Positions 1-7,756 of a stretch of DNA of 24,000 nt are shown here, piece by piece. A program made the position numbers and the translations under genes. This DNA is from an uncultured Clostridia bacterium (lineage in GTDB: Bacteria; Bacillota; Clostridia; Lachnospirales; CAG-274): NCBI GenBank assembly GCA_947591605.1, contig CANQDF010000001.1, forward strand, positions 210,239 to 234,238, read 5' to 3'. Under the pieces are notes generated by a model that saw only the letters and a list, made by a program, of their open reading frames with translations, did no database searches and was not told the origin of the DNA. How positions within the stretch are numbered: the first letter of the stretch is position 1; every line of letters starts with the position of its first letter.

Positions 1-1
1 C

Positions 2-259
2 GCCGATGTAAGGGATTCCCTTATAGCAAGCGGTACCATTGTTGACGGCAGCGTAAGGCATTCGGTACTTTTCCGCAAGGTGTTTGTCGGTGCAAACTCC
101 AATGTTGAAAATTCTATAATTATGGAGTCCAGCTACATAGGCAAGGGCTGTGTAATTAAAAATGCCATTATCGACAAGGAGGTTGTTATCAGTGACGGCA
201 AGCAGGTGATAGGCGAGCCGGATAACCCTGTTGTAATATCAAAGGGCGAAATAGTATAA
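2..259 (+). CDS. Window-truncated C-terminal fragment of a glucose-1-phosphate adenylyltransferase-family protein (GlgC/GlgD-type beta-helix tail)
   Basis: The frame is open from the window edge to TAA at 257-259. The translation ADVRDSLIASGTIVDGSVRHSVLFRKVFVGANSNVENSIIMESSYIGKGCVIKNAIIDKEVVISDGKQVIGEPDNPVVISKGEIV has the hexapeptide-like periodicity and the SVLF..V.VG pattern I associate with ADP-glucose pyrophosphorylase C-termini. A hairpin terminator follows. Confidence 0.5.
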   Translation, partial: ADVRDSLIASGTIVDGSVRHSVLFRKVFVGANSNVENSIIMESSYIGKGCVIKNAIIDKEVVISDGKQVIGEPDNPVVISKGEIV

Positions 260-275
260 AAGTTTTAATACAAAA

Positions 276-305
276 CTGCCGCAAGCCTGTGCTTGCGGCA
301 GTTGG
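276..305 (+). terminator. Hairpin terminator after the GlgC/D-like gene
   Basis: Perfect 11-bp stem CTGCCGCAAGC / GCTTGCGGCAG (276-286 / 291-301) with loop CTGT. The trailing T tract is weak (TTGGTGTGT). Confidence 0.5.
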
Positions 306-315
306 TGTGTAGGGG

Positions 316-561
316 CTGTCATTAGACTAAATTTATTCAATAAAAAACGGAATTTAGGATAAGGCTGCCTGCAAAGCATCTTCAAGGTAATTTAAGCGCC
401 GTCAGCGTAAAGCCCAAAGGGCTTTAGCGATACCGTAAGGCAGGCTAAAATCCGCAGTCGGCGTAATTTTCCCTTTGGGAAAATTACGCTGACTGCGGGG
501 ACGAGCTTTGCTTGTGCACCGTAAAAAAATCGGATGCCGCAGGGCGTCTTTTGGCTGACAG
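316..561 (+). repeat. Hairpin-rich modular intergenic element, copy 1 (MITE/BOX-like, non-coding)
   Basis: Bounded by CTGTCA (316-321) and TGACAG (556-561). Contains a 22-bp stem at 452-473/477-498 (one G.U, loop TTT), an AAAGCCC-AAA-GGGCTTT hairpin at 409-425, and a terminal A-run/GC-hairpin/T-run module at 523-552. It shares blocks with the element at 17052-17226, in the same order and orientation. These are CTAAAATCCGCAG (13/13 identical, 445-457 vs 17096-17108), GTAAyTTAAAGCGyCG.CAG (387-405 vs 17076-17094) and a GAGCTnT block (503-509 vs 17171-17177). Confidence 0.5.
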
Positions 562-589
562 AAAGTGTTTATTATATTAAAGGAGAGCT

Positions 590-1036
590 ATGGATAAAAA
601 CAATTTAAGGCTTGATATGCTTGTAAGCATAAGCATTGTACCCGAGGTAATAATTTTTGTGCTTTTTATGGCTTTGCCGCTTGCCGTAAGACTGTCGGGC
701 ACGGCGGACATCGGTTGGATAGTGTGGGAGTGCGCCTACAGTACGGCAATGTTTTTGATGTACATTAAAAACGAGTTTTTTGCCGCACGGTTTTTAAAAA
801 AGCACTTTACCGACGAATATGAATACAGGATCAATATGCTCTATCGCAACAGGAGCCTTTCAAGCGCATCGCAGTACAATGCCTATATAGACAAAATGTT
901 TGAAAACCCAAAAAAGTACGATCCCGACCTGATAAGGTTTTTTAACGGCTATGAGCTTAAAATATCGGTAAACTCAATATTGTTTACGGTAGGCGTAATA
1001 ATTATATTTGTTGTTTACGGTTTGGTGCTGAAGTAA
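590..1036 (+). CDS. Hypothetical small membrane protein (148 aa, about 3 predicted TM segments)
   Basis: ATG is preceded by AAAGGAGAG. Hydrophobic stretches include VSISIVPEVIIFVLFMALPLAV, IGWIVWECAYSTAMFLMY and ILFTVGVIIIFVVYGLVL. I recognise no family. Confidence 0.6.
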   Translation: MDKNNLRLDMLVSISIVPEVIIFVLFMALPLAVRLSGTADIGWIVWECAYSTAMFLMYIKNEFFAARFLKKHFTDEYEYRINMLYRNRSLSSASQYNAYIDKMFENPKKYDPDLIRFFNGYELKISVNSILFTVGVIIIFVVYGLVLK

Positions 1037-1053
1037 AAAAGCTGATGGGATAT

Positions 1054-1617
1054 TTATTTTTTCTTTTTAACGGAGTAGCCGAACTTGCCCAATTTTTTGC
1101 CTAGGGTGTAGTATTCTCCGTGGGAGTAGGCTATGGGGTTTGAGGCGGCAAAATCAAACCTGCCGCTCTCCTCCATAAATCTTTCGTCCGCCTGTACGCC
1201 CACTATATCCGCAAGAAACATTGTATGTGTGCCGAGCGGTATTTCTCTGTTTACCCTGCATTCTATATTTATGGGGCTTTCCTCTATTATAGGGCAGTCT
1301 ATGTGTAAAGCCCTGCCTTTTTTTAGACCCATCTCCTTGAATTTATCATGCTCCGCTCCCGAGCGCACGCCGCACCAGTCGGTTGCAAAGGCAAGCTCCT
1401 CGGTGGTAACGTTTATAACAAACTCACCTGTTTTTTTAATAATATCGTATGAATAACGTTCGGGACGAACGGATATATAGGTCATTGCGGGGTCGGAGTT
1501 TACTATGCCCGTCCATGCAACTGTAAGTATGTTGCTTTTTTCGTATGTGCCGCAGCTCACCATTACCGCAGGTATCGGGTATAATATGGTGCCTGGCTTC
1601 CATTCCTGTCTGCTCAT
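1054..1617 (-). CDS. Flavin reductase-like (FMN-binding split-barrel) domain protein
   Basis: The translation from MSRQEWKPGTILYPIPAVMVSCGT...NILTVAWTGIVNSDPAMTYISVRPERYSYDIIKKTGEFVINV matches the flavin reductase-like/flavoredoxin pattern. I moved the start to ATG 1617 (M18 of the ORF-track protein) because AAAGGAGAAG lies 3 nt upstream. The 1668 start has no SD sequence. Confidence 0.85.
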   Translation of the reverse strand: MSRQEWKPGTILYPIPAVMVSCGTYEKSNILTVAWTGIVNSDPAMTYISVRPERYSYDIIKKTGEFVINVTTEELAFATDWCGVRSGAEHDKFKEMGLKKGRALHIDCPIIEESPINIECRVNREIPLGTHTMFLADIVGVQADERFMEESGRFDFAASNPIAYSHGEYYTLGKKLGKFGYSVKKKK

Positions 1618-1697
1618 ATGCTTCTCCTTTGTTTTATATTTTCCCTTATAAAAAACGGTTTTGCTCACATAGGCATTTACTGCCGTTTATTGCTGTT

Positions 1698-1726
1698 ATT
1701 ATACACTTTTATTGCAATAAAGTAAA
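1698..1726 (-). promoter_or_regulatory. Candidate sigma-A promoter for the flavin reductase-like gene
   Basis: On the minus strand: TTTACT (1726-1721), 17-nt spacer, TATAAT (1703-1698). Confidence 0.4.
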
Positions 1727-1736
1727 GCTGTATGTT

Positions 1737-1768
1737 ATGAGTACGCAGCATAAGCGGAGTGCGAATAT
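1737..1768 (+). promoter_or_regulatory. Conserved 32-nt motif, copy A (second copy at 22361-22391)
   Basis: ATGAGTACGCAGCATAAGCGGAGTGCGAATAT compared with ATGAGTACGCAGCACAGCGGAGTACGAATAT at 22361-22391: two substitutions and one 1-nt indel. Both copies lie immediately upstream of a CTTGmC -35-like hexamer on the + strand, in divergent intergenic regions. Confidence 0.35.
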
Positions 1769-1773
1769 ATTAC

Positions 1774-1802
1774 TTGCCATAGCCTCCCGCAGGTGTTAAA
1801 AT
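1774..1802 (+). promoter_or_regulatory. Candidate sigma-A promoter for the rsmF-like/ygiQ/permease gene string
   Basis: TTGCCA (1774-1779), 17-nt spacer, TAAAAT (1797-1802), about 50 nt upstream of the ATG at 1851. Confidence 0.45.
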
Positions 1803-1850
1803 TAAATATATCGGTATTTTGCAATAAAAAAATTTTTGAGAGGTTATGCT

Positions 1851-3215
1851 ATGGAATTGCCCGAGGCTTATACCCGACGTATGCAAAAGCTGCTCGGAGG
1901 GGATTACGATAAATATTTACAGAGCTTTAAGGAAAAACGATACTGCGGTCTGAGAGCAAACACCCTTAAGATAAGCCCCGATGAGCTTAAAAAGCTTACG
2001 GGGTGGGAGCTTGACGGCGTTTTGTGGTGCGATGACGGCTTTTATTATAACGAGGATATGAGGCCTGCAAAGCATCCTTTTTACAATGCGGGGCTTTACT
2101 ATATACAGGAGCCGTCCGCAATGTCAACGGGCGCAATGCTGCCGATAGAGCCCGGCGACAGAGTGCTTGACCTGTGTGCCGCACCCGGAGGCAAAAGCAC
2201 GCAGGCGGCAGCAAAGCTTAAGGGAGAGGGCGTTATAGTCAGCAACGATATAAGCGCATCACGCTGCAAGGCGCTGCTTAAAAACATAGAGCTGAGCGGC
2301 GTAAAAAATGCCGTTATAACCAACGAAACGCCCGAAAAGCTCTCGGCACGCTTTGAGGGATATTTCAACAAAATAATAGTTGACGCTCCGTGCAGCGGCG
2401 AGGGTATGTTCCGCAAGGATGACGGAGCGGTGCGCAGCTGGGAGGAGCATAAAAGCGAATACTGCTGTACCCTGCAAAGGGATATACTTAAAAACGCAGC
2501 CAAAATGCTCTCCTGCGGCGGCATAATGGCATATTCCACCTGTACCTTTGCGCCCGAGGAGGACGAGGGGATGATATGGGAGTTTTTATGCAGCAATCCG
2601 GATTTTGAGCTGCTCGAGCCCGACAAGCAAAAAGGCTTTGACGACGGCAGACCCGAATGGGTGCCGGGCGGCGGTGAAGAGCTTAAAAGGTGCGGCAGAC
2701 TATGGCCGCACAGGATAAAGGGCGAGGGGCATTTTCTCTGCCTTATGCGTAAAAAGGGGGAGGACGCATATATTGCCGCTCCTGCCGATGTCAATACCCC
2801 TGCCGAAAAGCAGCTTGCGGATTTTTATATGTTTGAAAAAAATTATCTCAATATACAGATCGAGCAGCCTTTTGTTATACATGGCAGCTCGCTTATGTCT
2901 GTACCGAAGGGTCTGCCCGATCTGAGGGGCATAAGGATAATGCGCAGCGGTTTGTATCTGGGCGAGCTTAAAAAGAATCGTTTTGAGCCAAGCCAGGCGT
3001 TTGCCATGACCCTTAAAAAGGAGGACGCCGTGCTGTCGGTGGATTTTTCTCCCGAGGACGACGCTCTTAAGCGCTATTTAAGGGGAGAGAGCTTTGAGGC
3101 GGATTGTGACGACGGCTGGGCTTTGGTGTGCGTGAGCGGCTATCCCCTCGGCTGGGGAAAGGTACAGCGGGGCAGGCTTAAAAACAAATATCTGCCAAGC
3201 TGGATGACTGTATGA
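1851..3215 (+). CDS. RsmB/RsmF-family rRNA cytosine-C5 methyltransferase (NOL1/NOP2/Sun) with a C-terminal PUA-like domain
   Basis: SAM-binding motif DLCAAPGGKS, then the catalytic-region motifs DAPCSGEGMFRK and YSTCT, then an RsmF-type C-terminal extension. The start is set at ATG 1851 (MELPEAY) because GAGAGG lies 7 nt upstream. The ORF-track TTG at 1836 has no SD. Confidence 0.85.
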   Translation: MELPEAYTRRMQKLLGGDYDKYLQSFKEKRYCGLRANTLKISPDELKKLTGWELDGVLWCDDGFYYNEDMRPAKHPFYNAGLYYIQEPSAMSTGAMLPIEPGDRVLDLCAAPGGKSTQAAAKLKGEGVIVSNDISASRCKALLKNIELSGVKNAVITNETPEKLSARFEGYFNKIIVDAPCSGEGMFRKDDGAVRSWEEHKSEYCCTLQRDILKNAAKMLSCGGIMAYSTCTFAPEEDEGMIWEFLCSNPDFELLEPDKQKGFDDGRPEWVPGGGEELKRCGRLWPHRIKGEGHFLCLMRKKGEDAYIAAPADVNTPAEKQLADFYMFEKNYLNIQIEQPFVIHGSSLMSVPKGLPDLRGIRIMRSGLYLGELKKNRFEPSQAFAMTLKKEDAVLSVDFSPEDDALKRYLRGESFEADCDDGWALVCVSGYPLGWGKVQRGRLKNKYLPSWMTV

Positions 3216-3229
3216 AATGAGGTGGCAAA

Positions 3230-5098
3230 GTGGATTTTTTGCCTGTGACCTATGAGGAAATGAAAAAACGGGGCTGGCAGCAGCCGGATTTTGTATATGT
3301 ATCGGGTGACGCCTATATAGACCACCCGTCCTTTGGCGCAGCCATAATCACCCGTCTGCTTGAAAGCAGGGGCTACAGTGTATGCGTTATACCGCAGCCC
3401 GACTGGAGAAGCACAAAAGATTTTATGCGCTTTGGCAGGCCTCGGCTTGCCTTTCTGGTGAGCAGCGGCAATATAGATTCCATGGTAAACGCCTACTCTG
3501 TTGCAAAAAAGCGAAGAGATAAGGATCTGTATTCCCCCGGAGGAGAGAGCGGACACCGTCCCGACAGGGCGGTCATAGTATACTGTCAGCGTATAAGGGA
3601 GGCATACGGCAATACCGCAGGCATTATGATAGGCGGCATTGAGGCGAGCCTCAGACGGCTGTCGCATTACGATTACTGGGATAACAGGGTGAGGCGGTCT
3701 ATACTGCTGGATTCAGGGGCGGATATACTTATGTACGGCATGGGCGAGCATCAGATAATTGAGCTTGCCGAGGCGCTTGACAGCGGACTTGATATACACG
3801 ATATAACCTTTGTCAGGGGTACGGTATACAAGAGCAAAACGCTTGAAAATATATACGAGGAGCATACGGTGCTGCCGTCCTACAAAGAGGTGTGTGCCGA
3901 TAAGGCAGTATATGCGGAAAGCTTTATCAAGCAGTACCAAAATACGGATGCCATAACGGCAAACGTGCTTATAGAGCCGTATGAGGACTGCTATGTAATA
4001 CAGAATAAGCCCTCCTTGCCCCTTACCGAGGATGAGTTTGACATAAGCTATTCCCTGCCGTATATGAGGGATTATCACCCCATGTACAGGGAAAAGGGCG
4101 GAGTGCCTGCCATAAACGAGGTAAAGTTCAGCATAACAAGCAGCAGGGGCTGCTTTGGCAGCTGCAGCTTTTGCGCCCTTGCCTTTCATCAGGGCAGGGT
4201 GATACAGGCAAGGAGCCATGAGTCTATAATAAACGAGGCAAAACAGATAACGTCTTCGCCTGACTTCAAGGGCTATATACACGATGTGGGCGGGCCTACC
4301 GCCAATTTCAGGCAGCCTGCCTGCGAAAAGCAGCTTACAAAGGGTGCATGCAGGGACAGGCAATGTCTTTTTCCTTCTCCCTGCAAAAATATGAAGATCG
4401 ACCACAGGGATTATGTAAGCCTTTTGCGCAGCCTCAGAAGTCTGCCCAAGGTCAAAAAGGTGTTTGTGCGCTCGGGCATAAGGTACGACTATCTTATAAA
4501 CGACAGGGACGAAACGTTTTTCCGTGAGCTGTGCAGGTATCATATAAGCGGTCAGCTAAAGGTGGCGCCCGAGCATGTTGTGCCCCGTGTGCTGGAAAAG
4601 ATGGGCAAGCCGGGCAGAAATGTGTACGACCGCTTTGTAAAACGTTATTACGAGATAAACAGGGAGCTGGGTATGGAGCAATACCTTGTGCCGTATCTTA
4701 TGAGCTCTCACCCCGGCAGCGATCTCAGGGCTGCCGTGGAGCTTGCGGAGTATTTAAGGGATCTGGGCTATATGCCCGAGCAGGTGCAGGATTTTTATCC
4801 TACTCCGGGCACACTTTCAACCTGTATGTTTTATACGGAGCTGGATCCCCGTACAATGACAAGGGTATATGTGCCAAAATCTCCGCACGAAAAGGCAATG
4901 CAGAGGGCGCTTATACAGTACCGCCTGCCGGCCAACTATGACCTTGTGAACGAGGCTCTGCACAAGGCAGGCAGGACAGATCTTATAGGCTATGACAAAA
5001 GGTGCCTTATACGCCCTGTAAAGGCGTCGTCTGAGGGAGAAAGGTCAAAGCCCGTCAGGAAAAAAACCATACGCAATATACACAAAAAGAAGAGATAA
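3230..5098 (+). CDS. ygiQ: YgiQ-family radical SAM protein (UPF0313)
   Basis: The N-terminus FLPVTYEEMKKRGWQQPDFVYVSGDAYIDHPSFGAAIITRLLESRGYSVCVIPQPDW is the hallmark YgiQ N-terminal domain. The radical-SAM cluster motif CFGSCSFC is present and the C-terminal tail is basic. GTG start with GAGGTGG upstream. Confidence 0.9.
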   Translation: MDFLPVTYEEMKKRGWQQPDFVYVSGDAYIDHPSFGAAIITRLLESRGYSVCVIPQPDWRSTKDFMRFGRPRLAFLVSSGNIDSMVNAYSVAKKRRDKDLYSPGGESGHRPDRAVIVYCQRIREAYGNTAGIMIGGIEASLRRLSHYDYWDNRVRRSILLDSGADILMYGMGEHQIIELAEALDSGLDIHDITFVRGTVYKSKTLENIYEEHTVLPSYKEVCADKAVYAESFIKQYQNTDAITANVLIEPYEDCYVIQNKPSLPLTEDEFDISYSLPYMRDYHPMYREKGGVPAINEVKFSITSSRGCFGSCSFCALAFHQGRVIQARSHESIINEAKQITSSPDFKGYIHDVGGPTANFRQPACEKQLTKGACRDRQCLFPSPCKNMKIDHRDYVSLLRSLRSLPKVKKVFVRSGIRYDYLINDRDETFFRELCRYHISGQLKVAPEHVVPRVLEKMGKPGRNVYDRFVKRYYEINRELGMEQYLVPYLMSSHPGSDLRAAVELAEYLRDLGYMPEQVQDFYPTPGTLSTCMFYTELDPRTMTRVYVPKSPHEKAMQRALIQYRLPANYDLVNEALHKAGRTDLIGYDKRCLIRPVKASSEGERSKPVRKKTIRNIHKKKR

Positions 5099-5108
5099 CG
5101 AGGATAAA

Positions 5109-6236
5109 ATGAAGATTGTTGATTTTGTAAAAAAGGAAGCGGTGCTCTGCATATCCGCACTGCTTGCGTTTATAACGGTGTTTTTTGTGCCGCCGGATGC
5201 AGAGTATATAGGCTATATAAATTTCAGGGTGCTGGGGCTGCTTTTTTCGCTTATGGCTGTTGTATCGGGGCTGAGGGGGCTGTATGTGTTTGATAGGACG
5301 GCTGCGGCGCTTGCAAAAAAATGCGGCAGTATGCGCTCGCTCGTGCTTGTGCTTACCTCGCTTTGCTTTTTCTCCTCCATGCTTATAACAAACGATGTGG
5401 CGCTTATTACCTTTGTGCCGCTTGCAATAAATGTACTTGCCATAACGGGCGGAGAAAATTATATAATCTATACGGTGGTTTTGCAGACCGTTGCGGCAAA
5501 TATGGGCAGTATGCTTACCCCCATGGGCAATCCGCAAAACCTTTATCTTGTGGATTTTTACAGCATGAGCATGGGAGAGTTTTTTTCCGCAGCACTGCCC
5601 GTATGCGCTCTCAGCGGTATAATACTGCTGCTTTTGCATATACCGATAGAGCCAAAGCGCATTGAGCCAAAGATAGAAAACAGCTTTGGGGCTGTAAACA
5701 AAAGGCTTTTGCATATGTATGTCCTGTTGGGTATGCTTGCCTTTGCGGCGGTATTCAATATTGTTTCGGATAAGCTGTACATAGTGCTTACGGCGGTCAC
5801 CCTGGTGTGCGTTATGCTTTTTGACAGAGCAGCCTTAAAAAAGGTGGATTGGTTTTTGCTGCTGACATTTGTAATGTTTTTTATATTTGTCGGCAATGCG
5901 GCAAGGATAGAGCAGGTAAGATATTTTATAGGCTCACTTGCACGGGGCAGGGAAATACTTGCGGGCGCACTCTCCTCACAGGTGATCAGCAATGTGCCTG
6001 CCGCAGTTATGTTGAGTTCCTTCACCGATAACGGCAGGGGGCTTATGCTGGGCGTGGATATAGGCGGTCTGGGTACGCCCGTGGCATCGCTTGCAAGCCT
6101 TATAAGCTACAGGCTTTATGCGGCGGCGCCAAAAGCACGCAGAGGCAGATATATGCTTGTGTTTTTGGGTATAAATTTTGCGCTTCTGGCTGTTCTGCTT
6201 TCGGTATGTATTTTTTTTGAAGGAAGGACGGGCTGA
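5109..6236 (+). CDS. Anion permease of the ArsB/NhaD (CitMHS-like) superfamily
   Basis: Polytopic membrane protein with LITNDVALITFVPL and MLTPMGNPQNLYL motifs typical of this permease superfamily. SD GAGGA. Only 10 nt downstream of the ygiQ stop. Substrate unknown. Confidence 0.7.
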   Translation: MKIVDFVKKEAVLCISALLAFITVFFVPPDAEYIGYINFRVLGLLFSLMAVVSGLRGLYVFDRTAAALAKKCGSMRSLVLVLTSLCFFSSMLITNDVALITFVPLAINVLAITGGENYIIYTVVLQTVAANMGSMLTPMGNPQNLYLVDFYSMSMGEFFSAALPVCALSGIILLLLHIPIEPKRIEPKIENSFGAVNKRLLHMYVLLGMLAFAAVFNIVSDKLYIVLTAVTLVCVMLFDRAALKKVDWFLLLTFVMFFIFVGNAARIEQVRYFIGSLARGREILAGALSSQVISNVPAAVMLSSFTDNGRGLMLGVDIGGLGTPVASLASLISYRLYAAAPKARRGRYMLVFLGINFALLAVLLSVCIFFEGRTG

Positions 6237-6294
6237 TACCTGCTGTTTTGTCAATAAAAAAGACGGTATAATTTACGGTTAAAGGGGCAGATAT

Positions 6295-7665
6295 ATGGAA
6301 AATAACGAAAAGGTCTATCTGTTTGAAAAAATGTCAATATACAGGGCGGTCATGAAGCTTAGTGTGCCTACGGTAATAAGTTCTCTTGTTATGGTAATAT
6401 ACAATCTTGCCGATACATGGTTCGTGGGGCTTGTAAACGACCCCGTACAGAATGCGGCGGTCACCCTTGCGGCGCCCGTCCTGCTTGCCTTTAATGCGGT
6501 AAACAATCTGTTTGGCGTAGGCTGTTCAAGCATGATGAGCAGGGCGCTTGGCAGAAAGGATACCGATACCGTATACCGTACCTCGGCATTTTGCTTTTAC
6601 AGCGTTATTGTGTGCGGTATGCTTTTTTCGCTGATATTTACGGCATTCAAGGCGGATTTTCTGGGGATACTCGGCGCCGAGCCCGATACCTCTCGGGCAA
6701 CGTCCGATTACCTTTACTGGACGGTCACCATGGGTTCGGTGCCTGCCATACTCAACGTTGTGTTTGCCTACCTTGTACGGGCGGAGGGCTCGGCACTGCA
6801 TGCAAGCATAGGCACTATGAGCGGCTGCATACTTAATATAATGCTTGACCCCGTTTTTGTTTTGCCGTGGGGCTTTGATATGGGCGCCGCAGGCGCAGGC
6901 CTTGCCACATTTATATCAAACTGTGCGGCATGCCTTTACTTTTTTGTGCTGCTCTACATAAAAAGGGGACGCACCTATGTATGTATAAAGCCGTCAATGT
7001 TCGGCTTGAAAAGGGAAATTATTTTGGGTACATGCGCAGTGGGCATACCCGCCTCCATACAGAACCTTTTAAACGTAACGGGTATGACGGTGCTTAACAA
7101 CTTTACCTCGGACTACGGTGCGGATGCGGTTGCCGCAATGGGCATATCGCAAAAGATATATATGGTGCCCATGTACGTTGCACTTGGCATTTCGCAGGGT
7201 GTAATGCCCCTTGTAAGCTACAATTACGCAAGCAAAAACTATGCACGGTCAAAGGAAACGGTGGTTTTTGCGGCAAAGCTTTCCGCAGCCTTTCTTATGA
7301 TAACAACAATAATACTGCATGTATTTGCGGACGGATTTATAACAATGTTTATGAAAAACGCCGCAATAATAGATTACGGAGGGGATTTTTTAAGAGGCAT
7401 GTGCCTTGCCCTGCCGTTTTTGGGTATGGATTTTTTGGCGGTGGGCGTATTTCAGGCATGCGGAATGGGCAAAATGTCATTTATATTTGCCATACTCAGG
7501 AAGATAGTTTTTGAGATACCGCTGCTTTTTATACTCAACCGTTTGTTTCCGCTCTACGGGCTTGCCTATGCGCAGTTTATTGCCGAGTCGGTGCTGGCTG
7601 CCGCCGCTGTGGTATCGCTTGTAAAAATATTTTCACGCCTGATGGGTACAAAAGGCGATGTATGA
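6295..7665 (+). CDS. MATE-family efflux transporter
   Basis: 456 aa with 12-TM-type architecture. The N-terminus ...MKLSVPTVISSLVMVIYNLADTWFVG and an internal repeat with ...LGTCAVGIPASIQNLL are characteristic of MATE (NorM/DinF-like) exporters. Confidence 0.85.
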   Translation: MENNEKVYLFEKMSIYRAVMKLSVPTVISSLVMVIYNLADTWFVGLVNDPVQNAAVTLAAPVLLAFNAVNNLFGVGCSSMMSRALGRKDTDTVYRTSAFCFYSVIVCGMLFSLIFTAFKADFLGILGAEPDTSRATSDYLYWTVTMGSVPAILNVVFAYLVRAEGSALHASIGTMSGCILNIMLDPVFVLPWGFDMGAAGAGLATFISNCAACLYFFVLLYIKRGRTYVCIKPSMFGLKREIILGTCAVGIPASIQNLLNVTGMTVLNNFTSDYGADAVAAMGISQKIYMVPMYVALGISQGVMPLVSYNYASKNYARSKETVVFAAKLSAAFLMITTIILHVFADGFITMFMKNAAIIDYGGDFLRGMCLALPFLGMDFLAVGVFQACGMGKMSFIFAILRKIVFEIPLLFILNRLFPLYGLAYAQFIAESVLAAAAVVSLVKIFSRLMGTKGDV

Positions 7666-7694
7666 TTGACAAAAAGTGCCGAATGGTTTAAAAT
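7666..7694 (+). promoter_or_regulatory. Sigma-A promoter for thrC
   Basis: TTGACA (7666-7671), 17-nt spacer, TAAAAT (7689-7694). It begins immediately after the MATE stop codon. Confidence 0.55.
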
Positions 7695-7756
7695 ATCACA
7701 ATAGAGGTTTTTGAAAATCGGCTTAAAGAAAATTAAAAATAAAGAGGTAGAATAAA

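Noticed and set aside
316-561. Whether the hairpin-dense intergenic elements could be a CRISPR array, a retron msr/msd or a known housekeeping RNA (6S, SRP, tmRNA, RNase P).
   Set aside because: There are no regularly spaced identical repeats with unique spacers. There is no adjacent reverse transcriptase or cas gene. None of the conserved sequence boxes of those RNAs that I know is present.
1737-1768. The conserved motif contains GAGTGCGAA, which resembles the right half of the HrcA CIRCE operator (GAGTGCTAA).
   Set aside because: CIRCE is an inverted repeat (TTAGCACTC-N9-GAGTGCTAA). Here the two halves are direct repeats, and the neighbouring genes are not chaperones.
2099-2794. Long ORFs antisense to or overlapping well-supported genes: 2099-2794(-), 3713-4543(-), 5055-5714(-), 5558-6025(-), 12012-12800(-), 16542-17066(+), 18536-19321(-), 21721-22284(+), and all the other 60-170 aa shadow ORFs in the track.
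   Set aside because: Each is fully embedded in a gene whose product has clear family motifs. Their translations are compositionally skewed (Ser/Pro/Arg/Cys/His-rich or K/R/Y-rich), as expected from reading a coding strand backwards or out of frame. None has a Shine-Dalgarno sequence.
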